Origin: Caecitellus pseudoparvulus | Taxonomy: Eukaryota; Protista; Bigyra: Bicosoecida | DNA length: 64,000 nucleotides | Reading direction: 5' to 3' | Assembly (NCBI GenBank): GCA_965644315.1 | Contig: CBFFRQ010000034.1 | Span: 1 to 64,000, forward strand | In this document: positions 36,301 through 47,028 of the stretch, one piece after another | How the letters are laid out: every line of letters starts with the position of its first letter | Numbering within the stretch: position 1 is the first letter of the stretch | Made by a program: the position numbers and the translations under genes | Notes under the pieces: model-generated | Told to the model about the DNA's origin: nothing | The model's database searches: none | Seen by the model: the letters and a program-made list of their open reading frames with translations, nothing else

Positions 36301-36878
36301 CTGACGTGGTGGACGCGGCACGGCGCCTTGCGCACGGGCCAGAGCGTGGCGTCCTGCAGCAGTGCCTGAACAGATGCAAGGGGCCCTCCAAGCCCGCCTC
36401 CCCCATGCCCAGTGTCATCGTGTCCTCCATCCAGCGCCTGCGGACCAGCGCGAGCGGCGGGGACACCGTGTCTGCAGGCCGCTCACGCAGCAGCCTTGCA
36501 GTGTACAACAAGCGTGGCAGCATGGCCCCCGGCGCCACTGGCAGTGAACACGCCGAGGCACTGTTGCGGGATGAAAGCGCAAGGGGTGCTGCAGAGGATT
36601 CGGCGTACGTAGAGGACGCATTTGCGCCCATTCGCCTGCGGGGGGCGTCAGTAGGGAGGTTGGCGGGTGCGCGCAGCGTGCCCCGCGGCAGCCTGGGTGT
36701 GACGAGCGGGGACAGTTCACGCCTGCTGCGGCCGGCGCAGGAACGAGTGCTGTCGTCGCCCAACCAAGTGCAGTCCATGCGTGCGCGAGCTGCGCGCCCT
36801 AGCGCCCGCTCAGGCAGCCGCAGTGCCAGGCGAGGTAGGCGGGCACGGCAAGGGTCCATCCGGGGGCTAGGCATGTGA
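21304..36878 (+). CDS. Giant (~5045 aa) surface receptor-like protein: signal peptide, 3 C-type lectin domains, 8 FG-GAP (integrin-alpha-type) beta-propeller modules, S/T/P stalk, Cys-rich region, multi-pass TM domain
   Basis: Exons 21304-21446, 21550-21808, 21882-22054, 22126-22375, 22478-22695, 22784-36878 splice in frame. CTL motifs CPDGW...CFR...HLAS...AWIGARD; dozens of FG..A..GDxDxDG.PDxxVGAP repeats; CAPGHSGPLCASCAAGF; several TM helices with QPY near the end. Confidence 0.88.
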
Positions 36879-37052
36879 TGCAGGATGAGTGCTTGTGAAC
36901 ATTGTTGTGTGGTGTGGCCTGCTTGTGTTTTCTCAATGCATGGCACCGAGTGGCCAGCGCCTTGCCAGAGGGGGATGTACGCCTCGTCATTTGCCGTCAT
37001 CGTTCACATTCCTCACGCCAGCATCCACCGCTCGAAGCCTGCCCGTCGAACA

Positions 37053-38021
37053 ATGCGCCGCTCCGCACCTCCCCTGCTGCTCGCCGCCCTTGCAACCTGC
37101 ACATTGCTCAACATGGCCGCTGCTACCAACACTGTGCCCAAGCTGAACCAGCCAGCCCCCGAGTTCTCCGGTGCGTGGCGGGAGTGGCGAGTCGAAGCGT
37201 GCAGCTGCACTGCACCTGCTGCTCCATACACCCCACAGGGACTGCCCTGGTGAACGGCGCCTTCAAGGACATCTCCAAGGCCGACTATGCCGGCAAGTGG
37301 GTTGTGCTGTTCTTCTACCCCATGGACTTCACCTTTGTGGTGCGTGTGTGCCCGCCGCGTTCGTCTCCGTCAGCGCAGCTGACAGCTGGTTGACACGCTG
37401 ACGCACGCGGCGCCGCCACGCCTCCCTGCCACAGTGCCCCACGGAGATCTGCGCCTTCAACGACCGCCTGGATGAGTTCCACGCCATTGGCGCCGAGGTC
37501 ATCGGCGTGAGGTGCGTGGCGCCGTCTGCACGGGCGCAGCGAACCCCTCTCCAATTCCGCGCGAACCCACCACATTCCATGGATCCTCCCTGCACAGTGT
37601 CGACTCCCACTTCACGCACCTGGCCTGGACCCAGAAGAGCCGCAAGGAGGGCGGCCTGGGCCCCATGGACCTCACGCTTCTGGCCGACAAGAGCCACGCC
37701 GTGACCAAGGCCTATGGCGTGCAGGTGGAGGATGGCCCTGACGCTGGCGTCTCCTACCGTGGCCTGTTCATCATCGACCCCTCTGGCAACCTGCGCCAGA
37801 TCACCGTGAACGACCTGCCCGTGGGCCGCTCCGTGGACGAGACCCTGCGCCTGGTGCAGGCCTTCCAGTTCGTGGAGGAGCACGGCGAGGTGTGCCCCGC
37901 AAACTGGAAGCCAGGCAAGGCCACCATCAAGCCGGACGCCAGCGCCAGCCTGGAGTTCTTCGGTGCTGGGCACACTGAGGCCGCTGCCGGCGCAGAGGCC
38001 AAGAAGGCACGCACCGGCTGA
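37053..38021 (+). CDS. Typical 2-Cys peroxiredoxin with N-terminal signal peptide (PRDX4-like)
   Basis: Exons 37053-37170, 37239-37339, 37435-37511, 37598-38021 give [57 protein letters not shown]. Confidence 0.96.
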
Positions 38022-38250
38022 ATGCCGGCAGGGGCTGGGACGGCCAAGGCGAGCGAAGAGCCAGGGTCGACGACAGCCAGCCCCGCCAACGGTGTGAGGG
38101 GGGGGCAGCGGTATGAAGTGCCGCCTGAGCCCACACCCGCCGATTCAACGCCAAAAACGGGGCAACCCGCGGCAGAATCGTGTGTGTGTGAGGTGCAGTG
38201 AGGCATGCAATGCAGGTGTCACCCTCCACCCTCGCTTTCTCACACACGCC

Positions 38251-39577
38251 ATGCAGGGTTGGCAAGATCTGGAGGCTGGCTTGACAGCCTCTGCCCCCGG
38301 CCACAGCGCAGAGGAAGCTGAGCATGCCAGCTGCACGGCCACCCTGGAAGACCTGCGCATAGTGGTGAACCTGCTGCAAGGTCTCAGCACTGGCAAGAAG
38401 GACCAGTTGGTGACGGTGTCCACCCCGCCGCAAGCGCTGCGCGTTTCGGCCGAAACGCAAGCAAGGAATTTGTACGGCGTGGCCTACATCAACGTGCGTC
38501 AGGCGCGACCCCGTGGCGTGATGTCGGAATGAGTTTAGTGTGTCAAATTTCCCTTATGCCTGCAGGAGAACTTGATGTCTGCCTACAACCCGCCTGTCAT
38601 GGACGGAGAAGTCTCAGAGGTGAGACTGCACCGGCGCACAGACTCGTTTGAGGCGCCTCCCGCGTTGGCCACAGGCCACACAGGAGTGCACTGGGGAAAT
38701 TATGGGTGATTCATACATACGCACACCATTCCGTGCCGCAGGTTAAGTTCAAAGTCAACCTTCGCCTGCTGTTGGAGTGCCTGCAGGTGTTTGGAAGCTC
38801 TGCGCTGGCCACGGCCCACTGCCAGCTCGCCTACAACACGTCAGACTGGTGCGTGAAGCGTGGGCAGGCGTCTGAAGTCTGTCAACAGCATGGATGCACA
38901 GCCTCCACCCTTGCCCTCCCCGCCTCGCGCTTCACAGCATCCTGCAACTGCTGCTGGAAGAGAGTGGCATCGTCACAGAAGTGCAGCTCAGCACCAGCAA
39001 CGCAGCAGACGAGGTGGACTACCTGGCCGTGTTCCGGGACACGCCAGTCATCGTGCGGTGTTCCATTTCCTCCAACATTCTCGCGGAGGCCGTGGCTGAA
39101 GTGCTGACGTTGCCTGGCGTCGCATCCATCTCCATCGCAGTGCAACCCACTGCACCTCAGCTGCGCATCACAGCCGTGTCAGACACAAACACCGCCGCAG
39201 TGGACTTTGTTGCGGGGGGCACTGTGTTCCTCGCCTTTGAGTGTTCCGAGAGCCATGTGTTTTCATACCCCGCTCTCAGCATTATTGCATGCACGCGTGT
39301 GCTGGGGGCAGCAACAGAGTCATACCTCCGCATCAACGCAGCAGGCCACTTGAGCATCCTGCACAAGTGCCTCTCATCGTCTGGCGTCGAGTGCTTCCTC
39401 TCCTTCAACGCTGTGCCGGAAGCGACGCTGGAAGACAGCCCCTCAGACTCGGGCACAGCGGCAACGCCAGCTGCTGCAGCAGCAGCAGCCACGCGCAGCC
39501 CACACCCCTCCTCCAGTCCAACAGACACAACACCAGCAGCACAACCCACTGCCTCTCCAACTGCGGACTTGTTTTGA
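38251..39577 (+). CDS. RAD1: 9-1-1 checkpoint clamp subunit RAD1 (start codon uncertain)
   Basis: Exons 38251-38493, 38566-38619, 38742-38848, 38938-39577: ATLEDLRIVVNLL, FKVNLRLLLECLQVFG, LQLLLEESGIVTEVQLST, YLRINAAGHLSILH match the Rad1/Rec1 PCNA-like pattern. Confidence 0.85.
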
Positions 39578-39682
39578 CGGCGAGATGGAGTGCCCGCGCC
39601 AAGCTTCAGTGTGGATTGCTTGTGCCGGCAAGAGCACACCCGGGCACCAGGCGTGAGATTGGCAGGCGAGCGAGATTACATT

Positions 39683-41056
39683 TTAGGCTTGTTTTGTGTG
39701 GGTTTCTGCCTCGTGGTGCAGGTCCACCGCCCCCAAGTGCTCCGAGGCGTCTAGCGTTTCCTCTGCATGCGGCGTTTCTGTGCCGGCGTCAGCGGCGGTG
39801 TGGTGCTTGTTCACCTGCTTCAGGCCCAGCCACCCAGGCCCGAACTTGTCGGCAATGATGGCCCCGAACACCACGAACACGGCACTCCACTGGGTGGTGG
39901 ACATGGGGTGCCCATGTGCCAGCACTGACACGAGCAGAGTGAAGAACTTGCGGGTCGTGGTCACGGTGGTCAGCACGAGGGAGTCGAAATTCATCACCGT
40001 GTAGAAGATGAAGAGCTGTCCCACCGCAGAGGAGACGGCGAACAGCGCCGTCGCCACCCACAGGTCTGGGTGATCCACCAGGTACTGCAGGCCTGGCACT
40101 GCCTGCCCAAGAGTCACAGCTGCCAGGCCGGCGATAAGCACGGCCCACACGTTTTGCATGGCCATGAACAGAACGGAGGAAGTCTGCACCTTCGCTTGCA
40201 GCTCCTCCTGACGGGGCCCTGTCAGGGCGTCAAAGGACAGCGACGCGAAGAGCAGCCCGTACCCAATGAGGGTGTTGAAGAGGTCGGCGCCGTCGTCATC
40301 CACTGCTCGGGGCTTAATGCGGCTCAGCTGGAAGATGGCGATGCCAGCAGCCATGGCGACGACGCAGACATACTTCAGCCAGTGGTAGTGCTTGCCCAAG
40401 TACAGCACGCGCGCCAGCATGACTGCGATAAGGTGGGGAGAGGAGTGCTCGGGCAGTCTGCGGAAATCGAAAGGTCTGTGCAGACTATGCAGAAAATCTC
40501 ACCAGGAATCATCTTGCAGGACTTCACGAGGGCCATGGTGGGATAGCTGCAATGTGCAGGTGTGTGAGATGACTGTCCACGTGCTGTATCGCGCTTGGGC
40601 AGGCGCAAACGGAAGGTTTGAGCCGACAGACACGTGGCTCGCTAAATCCGCACCTGACGAATGAGATGGCTTCGGTACTGGCAGTCATCGCAGCCAGGTA
40701 CGTGAAGGAAATGGTAAACAGCGCTGCGCATGGCAACCATGTACTGTGGACACTTCAGCGAGGCCTAGCGAGCGCACTCGGCACGCACTGCTCTGTGACG
40801 TCCACGACATGAATGGAGCAGCAGTCTTCGGCGGTGGAGCCACGGCGCCTGTTGCAGACAGAATCACATGTGCAGCGTAGCCCACGAGGGCATTGGCGGC
40901 ACACTGGATGGCCAGCAGCAACCACGTGCCGCTGAACTTCGTCCCATCCGCCTGGGTCCGGAACATGGCCTCCTGCACATAGCCGTACGTGAGGTAGCTT
41001 GCGTAAATGCCACCCACGCACACCAAAAAGGCCAGTGTACCGTTGTGCTGTGCCAT
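39683..41056 (-). CDS. UAA-family nucleotide-sugar/ATP transporter, SLC35B1/HUT1-like (4 exons)
   Basis: CVGGIYASYLTYGYVQE, SYPTMALVKSCKMIPVML, FDALTGPRQE, GQLFIF, LTTVTTTRKFFTLLVSV; three short introns, first boundary not firmly fixed. Confidence 0.92.
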
Positions 41057-41628
41057 GGCGGCACTTGGAGGAAGGGGTGCTGCGGGAATGCTCTCTGAGG
41101 GCGAGCAGCACAAACTTTCGTGCCCAGGGTCTGGTAACTGCTCCGCGACTTTTGAGGTTTGCTTGCTTCTTCGCATTGCTTCACCGAAGGAAGAGAATCC
41201 TGCGGCGCCTTCCATGGCCGCCTGCGATGACAGGCGGAGCAAGCTTGGGAAATCAGCAGTATGGTGCTCTGGCACTGACTACTTTTATCGCTCTGACATG
41301 GCAGGCAGGGCACTGGTGTTGCCGTGTGGCGAGAAAGAGCCTTCAAACACGAGGCAACGCACAGGCGTTTCGCAGAGAAACGACGACAACCCAACGACGC
41401 CAAGCATGCACACTCGACAGCAATCTGCATTCGGATACATTAAATACTGTGCTTTGATGCTGAAATGCTGCTGCAGGTGCCACGCGGTCGGTGCCACACA
41501 AGCTTCAGTGAACACGGCCGGCAGGCGTGGGAGTTGCCCAAAATCCGCAGTGCCACACTTCCCGCCCTGCATTCGCGACAAAAGGCACTTGAGAGGGAGC
41601 CAAGGAAAAAATCACTTTCAAATCCATC

Positions 41629-44166
41629 ATGTCCAGCGCCATCTACCCCCGCTCAGCTTGGGCAACTCCACCTCGCCTCGCTGCAGCTGCCGTCATCGCG
41701 ACAGTCTGCCTGGCCTGCGCACCTCTGCTCCTTGATCCATCCACACAACAGGGCATGGGCAAGGCAGCGCGCTTGGACGAGCATGCAGCCATACTGCAGA
41801 ATCCGTCGGTGACACAGCCCTCCTTCGACTTGCCAAGGCTGCTGGCCAGCGATTTCTGGGGCACTGACATGCACTCGGCTGGCTCCCACCGCTCGTGGCG
41901 CCCGACAGCCAGCGCCTGGTTCTGGCTGCTGTGGCGAGTGGGGGGTGGACAGGCCTGGCCCTTTCGCGTTGCATCATTTCTGCTGCGGTGTTTGCTCTGC
42001 CTCTTGCTCCTGCACACTGCCCACGGCGCTGTAACGTGGCGGGCAGCACTGGGGGAGACACAGGCTTGGGCTGTAGCTGGCACGGTGGCCTGTCTTTTCG
42101 CTGCCCATGCACTGCATTCAGACACTGTGGCCTTCGCAGTTGGACAGGCGGACATGTTTGCTGCGTGCGTGACCCTGTACGGCGTCAACTTGCACCTGGC
42201 CTGGCTGAAGGCACCTGACCAGCCCAGTCTGCTGTCTGGAGCAGTGCAAGGGCTGAAAATTGCAGCACTCACCGTCCTGGCCTGCAGCTTCAAGGAGACT
42301 GGCGTGGCCCTGGCTGGCATTGTGCTGGTCCTTGACGTGGGCCTGCTGCTGCTGCCTGCGCTGGTGCAGGCAAAGGAGGGGCGGCATCCGCCGCCGTCTG
42401 GGCCCGACGCGCGAGCTGGCGCGTTGGCGCTAAGCACGGCGCTGTGGCTGTACGTCCGACTCAAGGTCGTGCAGCCGGGGCCGCCCACCTTCCCTCCCCA
42501 CATGAACCCCATCGCCACGCACCCAAACACTGCCGTGCGCCTGGCCACGTATGCCTGGACTGCATCCCAGCACTTTGCGTGGCTGGTGCTGCCGTGGCCG
42601 CTGTGTGTAGACTGGGCCAACAACGCCATCGCCCCCATCACGACCGTGTTCGATACCAGGAACGTCATGACGGTTCTCGTGCTGAGCTCTGTCGCTGGCG
42701 CCACCGCACTGGCCATCATGCTCTGGGCTCGATGGGTGGCGGCAGGCGCCCAACACCGCACCATGCCCCTCGCGACCACGCTCGCTGCCGCGCTCACTTT
42801 GCTGCCGTTCCTGCCAGGCAGCAACTTGCTGTTCCCAGTGGGGTTCGTGCTGGCTGAACGCATCATGCTGCTTCCCAGCGCAGGCGCTGCGGTGGCCCTG
42901 GCGGTGGCGCTGAGCACGGCGGGTGGCGGCGGCCTTGCCCACTCCTTCCGCACACGAGTCATGCCCCTGTGCATCCTAGCCATGCTGCTGTACACTGCAC
43001 AGCGCATGTACATCCTCAGTGACACTGATCGCATGGCTGCAGACTGGCTGGCCACGACTCCACACTCGCAGAAGGCGTGGCAGAACATGCTGCGGCCGCT
43101 GGAAGGGCAGGGGCTGTTCTTGCCGAGCGACATGCCAAGCGAACGCCAGCACTGCTACGCCATGCACGGCACACAGGACGCCCAGCACAACTGTAGCGGT
43201 GTGCGCTTGAATGCCCTGCGCGGCATGATGGAGATCATGGCTCGCCCCCCCTCCCGTCCCTGTGACGATGAGCCTGGAACCGACTGTGATGTGTGGGCGT
43301 ACGACGTCGCCCGTCCTCGCCCCAGCACCGGCACGCTGGCCCTCCAAGCCTGGTGTGCTGCCAACGCAGCACGCGGATGGCATGCACACCCCCCGTCGCC
43401 TGAAGCTGCACACTGGCCGCTCATCCCCGTGCACAGCATGAGTGCGGTGGAGGTGGCCGTGTGCAGTCACGCCTGGGCGCCGGGTCGAACCTCATCCGCT
43501 TACATCGTGGCACAAGAGGTGCAAAACGGTGCTGGGGTTGGGGATAGCGACTCGGCCCTCGTGCTCGGTGTCATGCGGGCAGTGGTGCAGCTGTACCTGG
43601 CTGCGTCGCGTGCCCACCCCACGGCAGGGGGGGATGTCGACCACGCTCTCACAGCAGTTATGGCCATGCGGCACTGCGCTCTGCACGATATGACAGCAAC
43701 GAGGACCAGTGGAGCAGCGCTGGAAGGGCCAAATGACTACGTTCGCAACGCCACGCACCTCCTTCACGACACTCCGGCGCTCGCCGCTGCCCTGGCCGCT
43801 GCTTTTGTCGACCGCAAGTTCGGGGCGTTCGTGGCCGTTCGCGCCTCACCCGACATTCTGACGCCACAGGGGCCGAACCATGGCCCCACTGTGGACATGC
43901 TAGTGGCGCTTGTGGCCGCGAATATGTACAGTGCTGCAGGACACGTCAAGGAGGCTGCCAACGTCCTGGGCACACTGCTGCTGCGTCATGATTGCTTCGC
44001 ACCTCAGCCCGTAGAGCCAGCCGTGTGCTGTGAAGCTGTCTTGGTGCAGCGAGCAGCTGACGCCTACATGGCCCTGGCGAAGGCCGTGCCTGCCATGGCC
44101 GCCTTTGGGCAGGAAAACGCAGCGCACATCGTGGCACACTTCAACAGCGCCTGTGCTAGCGCATGA
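41629..44166 (+). CDS. TMTC-like (DUF1736) protein O-mannosyltransferase-type membrane protein
   Basis: LDEHAAILQNP, DFWG...SHRSWRP, HALHSDTVAFAVGQADM, KETG, NP, LPWPLCVDW, PGSNLLFPVGFVLAERIMLLPSAG; C-terminal region lacks clear canonical TPRs. Confidence 0.88.
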   Translation: MSSAIYPRSAWATPPRLAAAAVIATVCLACAPLLLDPSTQQGMGKAARLDEHAAILQNPSVTQPSFDLPRLLASDFWGTDMHSAGSHRSWRPTASAWFWLLWRVGGGQAWPFRVASFLLRCLLCLLLLHTAHGAVTWRAALGETQAWAVAGTVACLFAAHALHSDTVAFAVGQADMFAACVTLYGVNLHLAWLKAPDQPSLLSGAVQGLKIAALTVLACSFKETGVALAGIVLVLDVGLLLLPALVQAKEGRHPPPSGPDARAGALALSTALWLYVRLKVVQPGPPTFPPHMNPIATHPNTAVRLATYAWTASQHFAWLVLPWPLCVDWANNAIAPITTVFDTRNVMTVLVLSSVAGATALAIMLWARWVAAGAQHRTMPLATTLAAALTLLPFLPGSNLLFPVGFVLAERIMLLPSAGAAVALAVALSTAGGGGLAHSFRTRVMPLCILAMLLYTAQRMYILSDTDRMAADWLATTPHSQKAWQNMLRPLEGQGLFLPSDMPSERQHCYAMHGTQDAQHNCSGVRLNALRGMMEIMARPPSRPCDDEPGTDCDVWAYDVARPRPSTGTLALQAWCAANAARGWHAHPPSPEAAHWPLIPVHSMSAVEVAVCSHAWAPGRTSSAYIVAQEVQNGAGVGDSDSALVLGVMRAVVQLYLAASRAHPTAGGDVDHALTAVMAMRHCALHDMTATRTSGAALEGPNDYVRNATHLLHDTPALAAALAAAFVDRKFGAFVAVRASPDILTPQGPNHGPTVDMLVALVAANMYSAAGHVKEAANVLGTLLLRHDCFAPQPVEPAVCCEAVLVQRAADAYMALAKAVPAMAAFGQENAAHIVAHFNSACASA

Positions 44167-44256
44167 GCCATCGCAAAGCACAACTCCGTGTACCAACGAA
44201 GGCAAGCCGGGCACTCCCCACACCACGAGGCATTGCATTGTCAGCACCGCTGTCGC

Positions 44257-46764
44257 CTATGGCCGGCTGTCGGGAGCGCTGTCGCTGGGCACGGCAGTGC
44301 CGGCAGTGGTCGCTGCGAGCTGCTGCAGACGTGCGCCGCGCTTGCGGTCCGCGAGCAGGCTGCTGAGACGCTTAAGAGACGTGCGGTCCACCACTGTGCT
44401 GGACGAGACGCCGCCAATGACGCCTGCCACGCCACCCGTCTCCTCATCCTCCTCGTCATCCCCCCACACGTCGTCAGCGGGTGCTGACATGCCGGCGCCA
44501 ATGCGCTGCAGCGCCGCCCGGTCGCTCGTGCGACCTGCCGTCGCGGTCATGGCGGCAGTGGTGTCGCCGTCCTGTGGCTGCACCCTGACATTCTCCGTGT
44601 CGGTGTTGGGCGGCAGCGGCACGCCACTGGCCCACACACCGCCACCGCCGCCGCCGTGAGTCGTCGTGTGTGCACTCCCTGCCGCCCGCCGCCCAGAGGT
44701 GAGGGTGGCTGCAGAGAGGCCCCCTCGCGAGGACCGGAAAAGGGAGGAGTACAGGGAAGCTGGGGTGACTCCTGACGCTGACTCGCCGTCCTTCACCTCC
44801 TCCTCGCCCCCCGCCACTGCACGCTTCGTGGCGGCTTGTTCCTCCAACTCCACGACACCGGCCAGGTGGGCCAGCAGCTTGCTCATGCGTGACTCGATCT
44901 GGTTCAGGGCCAAGTCCAGGCGGTTGGCGGGGACGAGGGAGGCGAGTGACCCGCTGACTCCCAGCCCGCCGTTCGCCGCGGCGCGTTGCAGGGACGCTGC
45001 TGACTCCTCCGGACTCACGGGCAGGGGCACCTCACCCCCTGCGCCAGCTTGACTCTGCAGCGTTTCCACGACGCCCTGCAACGCAGCAGTGACTCCGTCG
45101 GGGTCGGCGCCGCTCTCCAGCACTTCTGCCTTGTGGTCGGCTGCGACCAGCTTGTGCAGCAGCTTGGCAGTGGCGGCTCGGCACTCCTCCAGCGTAATAC
45201 TGGCCTTGTGAAAACGAGCCTTGGCGTCAGAGCACTTGCGCTTGGAGTCTGCGACCTGCCGATTCAAGTCTTCCACCCGCGTGAACAGTGTGCGGTCTTC
45301 GGTGTCCAGCCCACCCTCCGTTTCCACTTCGTCCAGACGCCACACCAGCGCCTTCTGCTCACGCCGCAGCGCTTCAATGCGTTCTCGTGCAGCGGTTGCA
45401 GAGGCGTTCAAGCTGGCCTGCGTGTCGGCGCGGTGCAAGAACTTGTCCACGATGGCCCGCACGTCAGACAGCCCCGTTGCTGCGCGAATGCGCTGAAACG
45501 CCGACTCCAACTTGTCAGAGCGCCGCTGGTCCTCACGCAGCTTGCGCAGGAGCATGTTGCCGTACACTTTGCGCACCAAAAACAACTCCTTCATGCGTTC
45601 CTCCTGGGCCTCGTCCAGATCCCGCCGCCGCAAGCCGCCAGTCGCTGCCTGCAGTGCAGCGCCGTCAAACGCCGCGCGCTGCGCTGCCTGCGCAGACATG
45701 GTGGCGTCCACTTCGTCCAACTTGCGCTGGCGGGCACCACGAGCGTGCTCAAGGCGGGCACGCAGTTGTTCGACGAGTGCCTCGGCACGGGCTGCCTCGT
45801 TGCGACTGCCCTGCTTGTGCAGGCCGCCCTCTTTCAGGCTGCGTTTCAGCTGAGCCGTCTGGCGTTTCATGGCGCGCAGCTCCAAGTCCACGTCCGTCTT
45901 CTCGTTCTTGAGCCGTTCGATCATGAACAAATACATGTCCTGGCCGCGCAGGGACTCCTCATACGCCGCGTGGGCGTCTTGCCGAGCCACCTCTTGCTGC
46001 TCAATTTCCTGCAGCTCCTTGTGAGCTGCGCTGCGCCGTGCAGCATCTGCCGCCATCACGCGCTCAATGCGCGACAGCTCGTCAGCCACGCTGGTCATCT
46101 CCTTCTGTCGCTGCTTGTTCGCCATGCGCAGCTCGTCGTACTCTTTGCGCAGGCGCTGGCTCTGCTTGTCCAGCTCGGCGTGATTGTGCGCCTGCCACGC
46201 GTGCAGGTGTGCGTTCATGCGAGCTTCGCTCTGGTGCGTCGCCTCTGCCAGCGTCGTGCCCAGCTCGATAGGCTTGCCGTCCAGCCCCACTGGGCGCTCC
46301 ACGTCCCAGATGTTCAGCGCGGCTGCGCTGGACAGGCCGCTGCGCTTGGGTGAGCCAGTGCCGCGGCGACTGCCGCCTGTGAAGGGGAAGCCAGTGAAAC
46401 ACGTGAAAAGGGCGAACCGCGGACGCACGAAGTGATACAATAAGAACATTGTCACAAAACATGCTGTGCTGTGTCATGCTCTCTGCTGCACCGTGGTGGC
46501 AACGCCCTTTCGTGGGTTCGAGGCAACGGGCGCAAGAAACGCTGTCACTCTGCGCACCAACGGAACCACACCAGAGCACGCCCACGCACCTCGTGGCGCA
46601 TCACGCCCATCATGCAGACGAGCTGTAGCACTGCCTCGCACGGCAGGCCCTGGTCCTTGGGTGGAGGTGACGACATCTCCCCTCACGCCCCCGCGTGCCT
46701 GCACTGGCGGCACGCCTTGCTCACGCCACGCCTCACGGGGAGGCAGCCGAGGCACCCCTGCCAT
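44257..46764 (-). CDS. Outer dynein arm docking complex-like coiled-coil protein (CCDC151/ODAD family)
   Basis: Exon 1 46764-46590 and exon 2 46376-44257 (phase 1 GT-AG) join in frame; long coiled coil with KLESAFQRIRAATGLSDVRAIVDKFLHRADT typical of ODA-DC subunits. Confidence 0.7.
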
Positions 46765-47028
46765 GGTTCGTGGGTGGTGTCGATGGATACGTGTGCGACC
46801 TGCGGTCTGGACACAGGCCTCGTCGCGACGTGCCGCGCACAGGGCCGTGCCGCTCAGCTGCACTGGCACTTGGTCGCGTGCGACGACTGCGTCCCGCAGA
46901 GCGCTCAGCAGCGCTGGGCAGCGGGCAGAGCAAGGTGCGAGTGTGCGCGGTAGAAACACACAGCCAGAATTTGATCTGTATCTTGCTTTGATTGAATTGG
47001 CGCGTCGAGTGCACTGAGCCAGGCGGCT

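Noticed and set aside
22644-36878. Calling the giant protein an integrin alpha chain or a rhodopsin-type GPCR
   Set aside because: No thigh/calf domains or GFFKR tail, multiple propellers, and no class A or GPS/GAIN motifs recognised in the membrane region.
41643-43133. Long antisense ORFs (also 35573-37000, 45049-46353, 14904-15932, 29006-30118, 60446-61516)
   Set aside because: Shadow ORFs expected opposite GC-rich coding sequence; no motifs.
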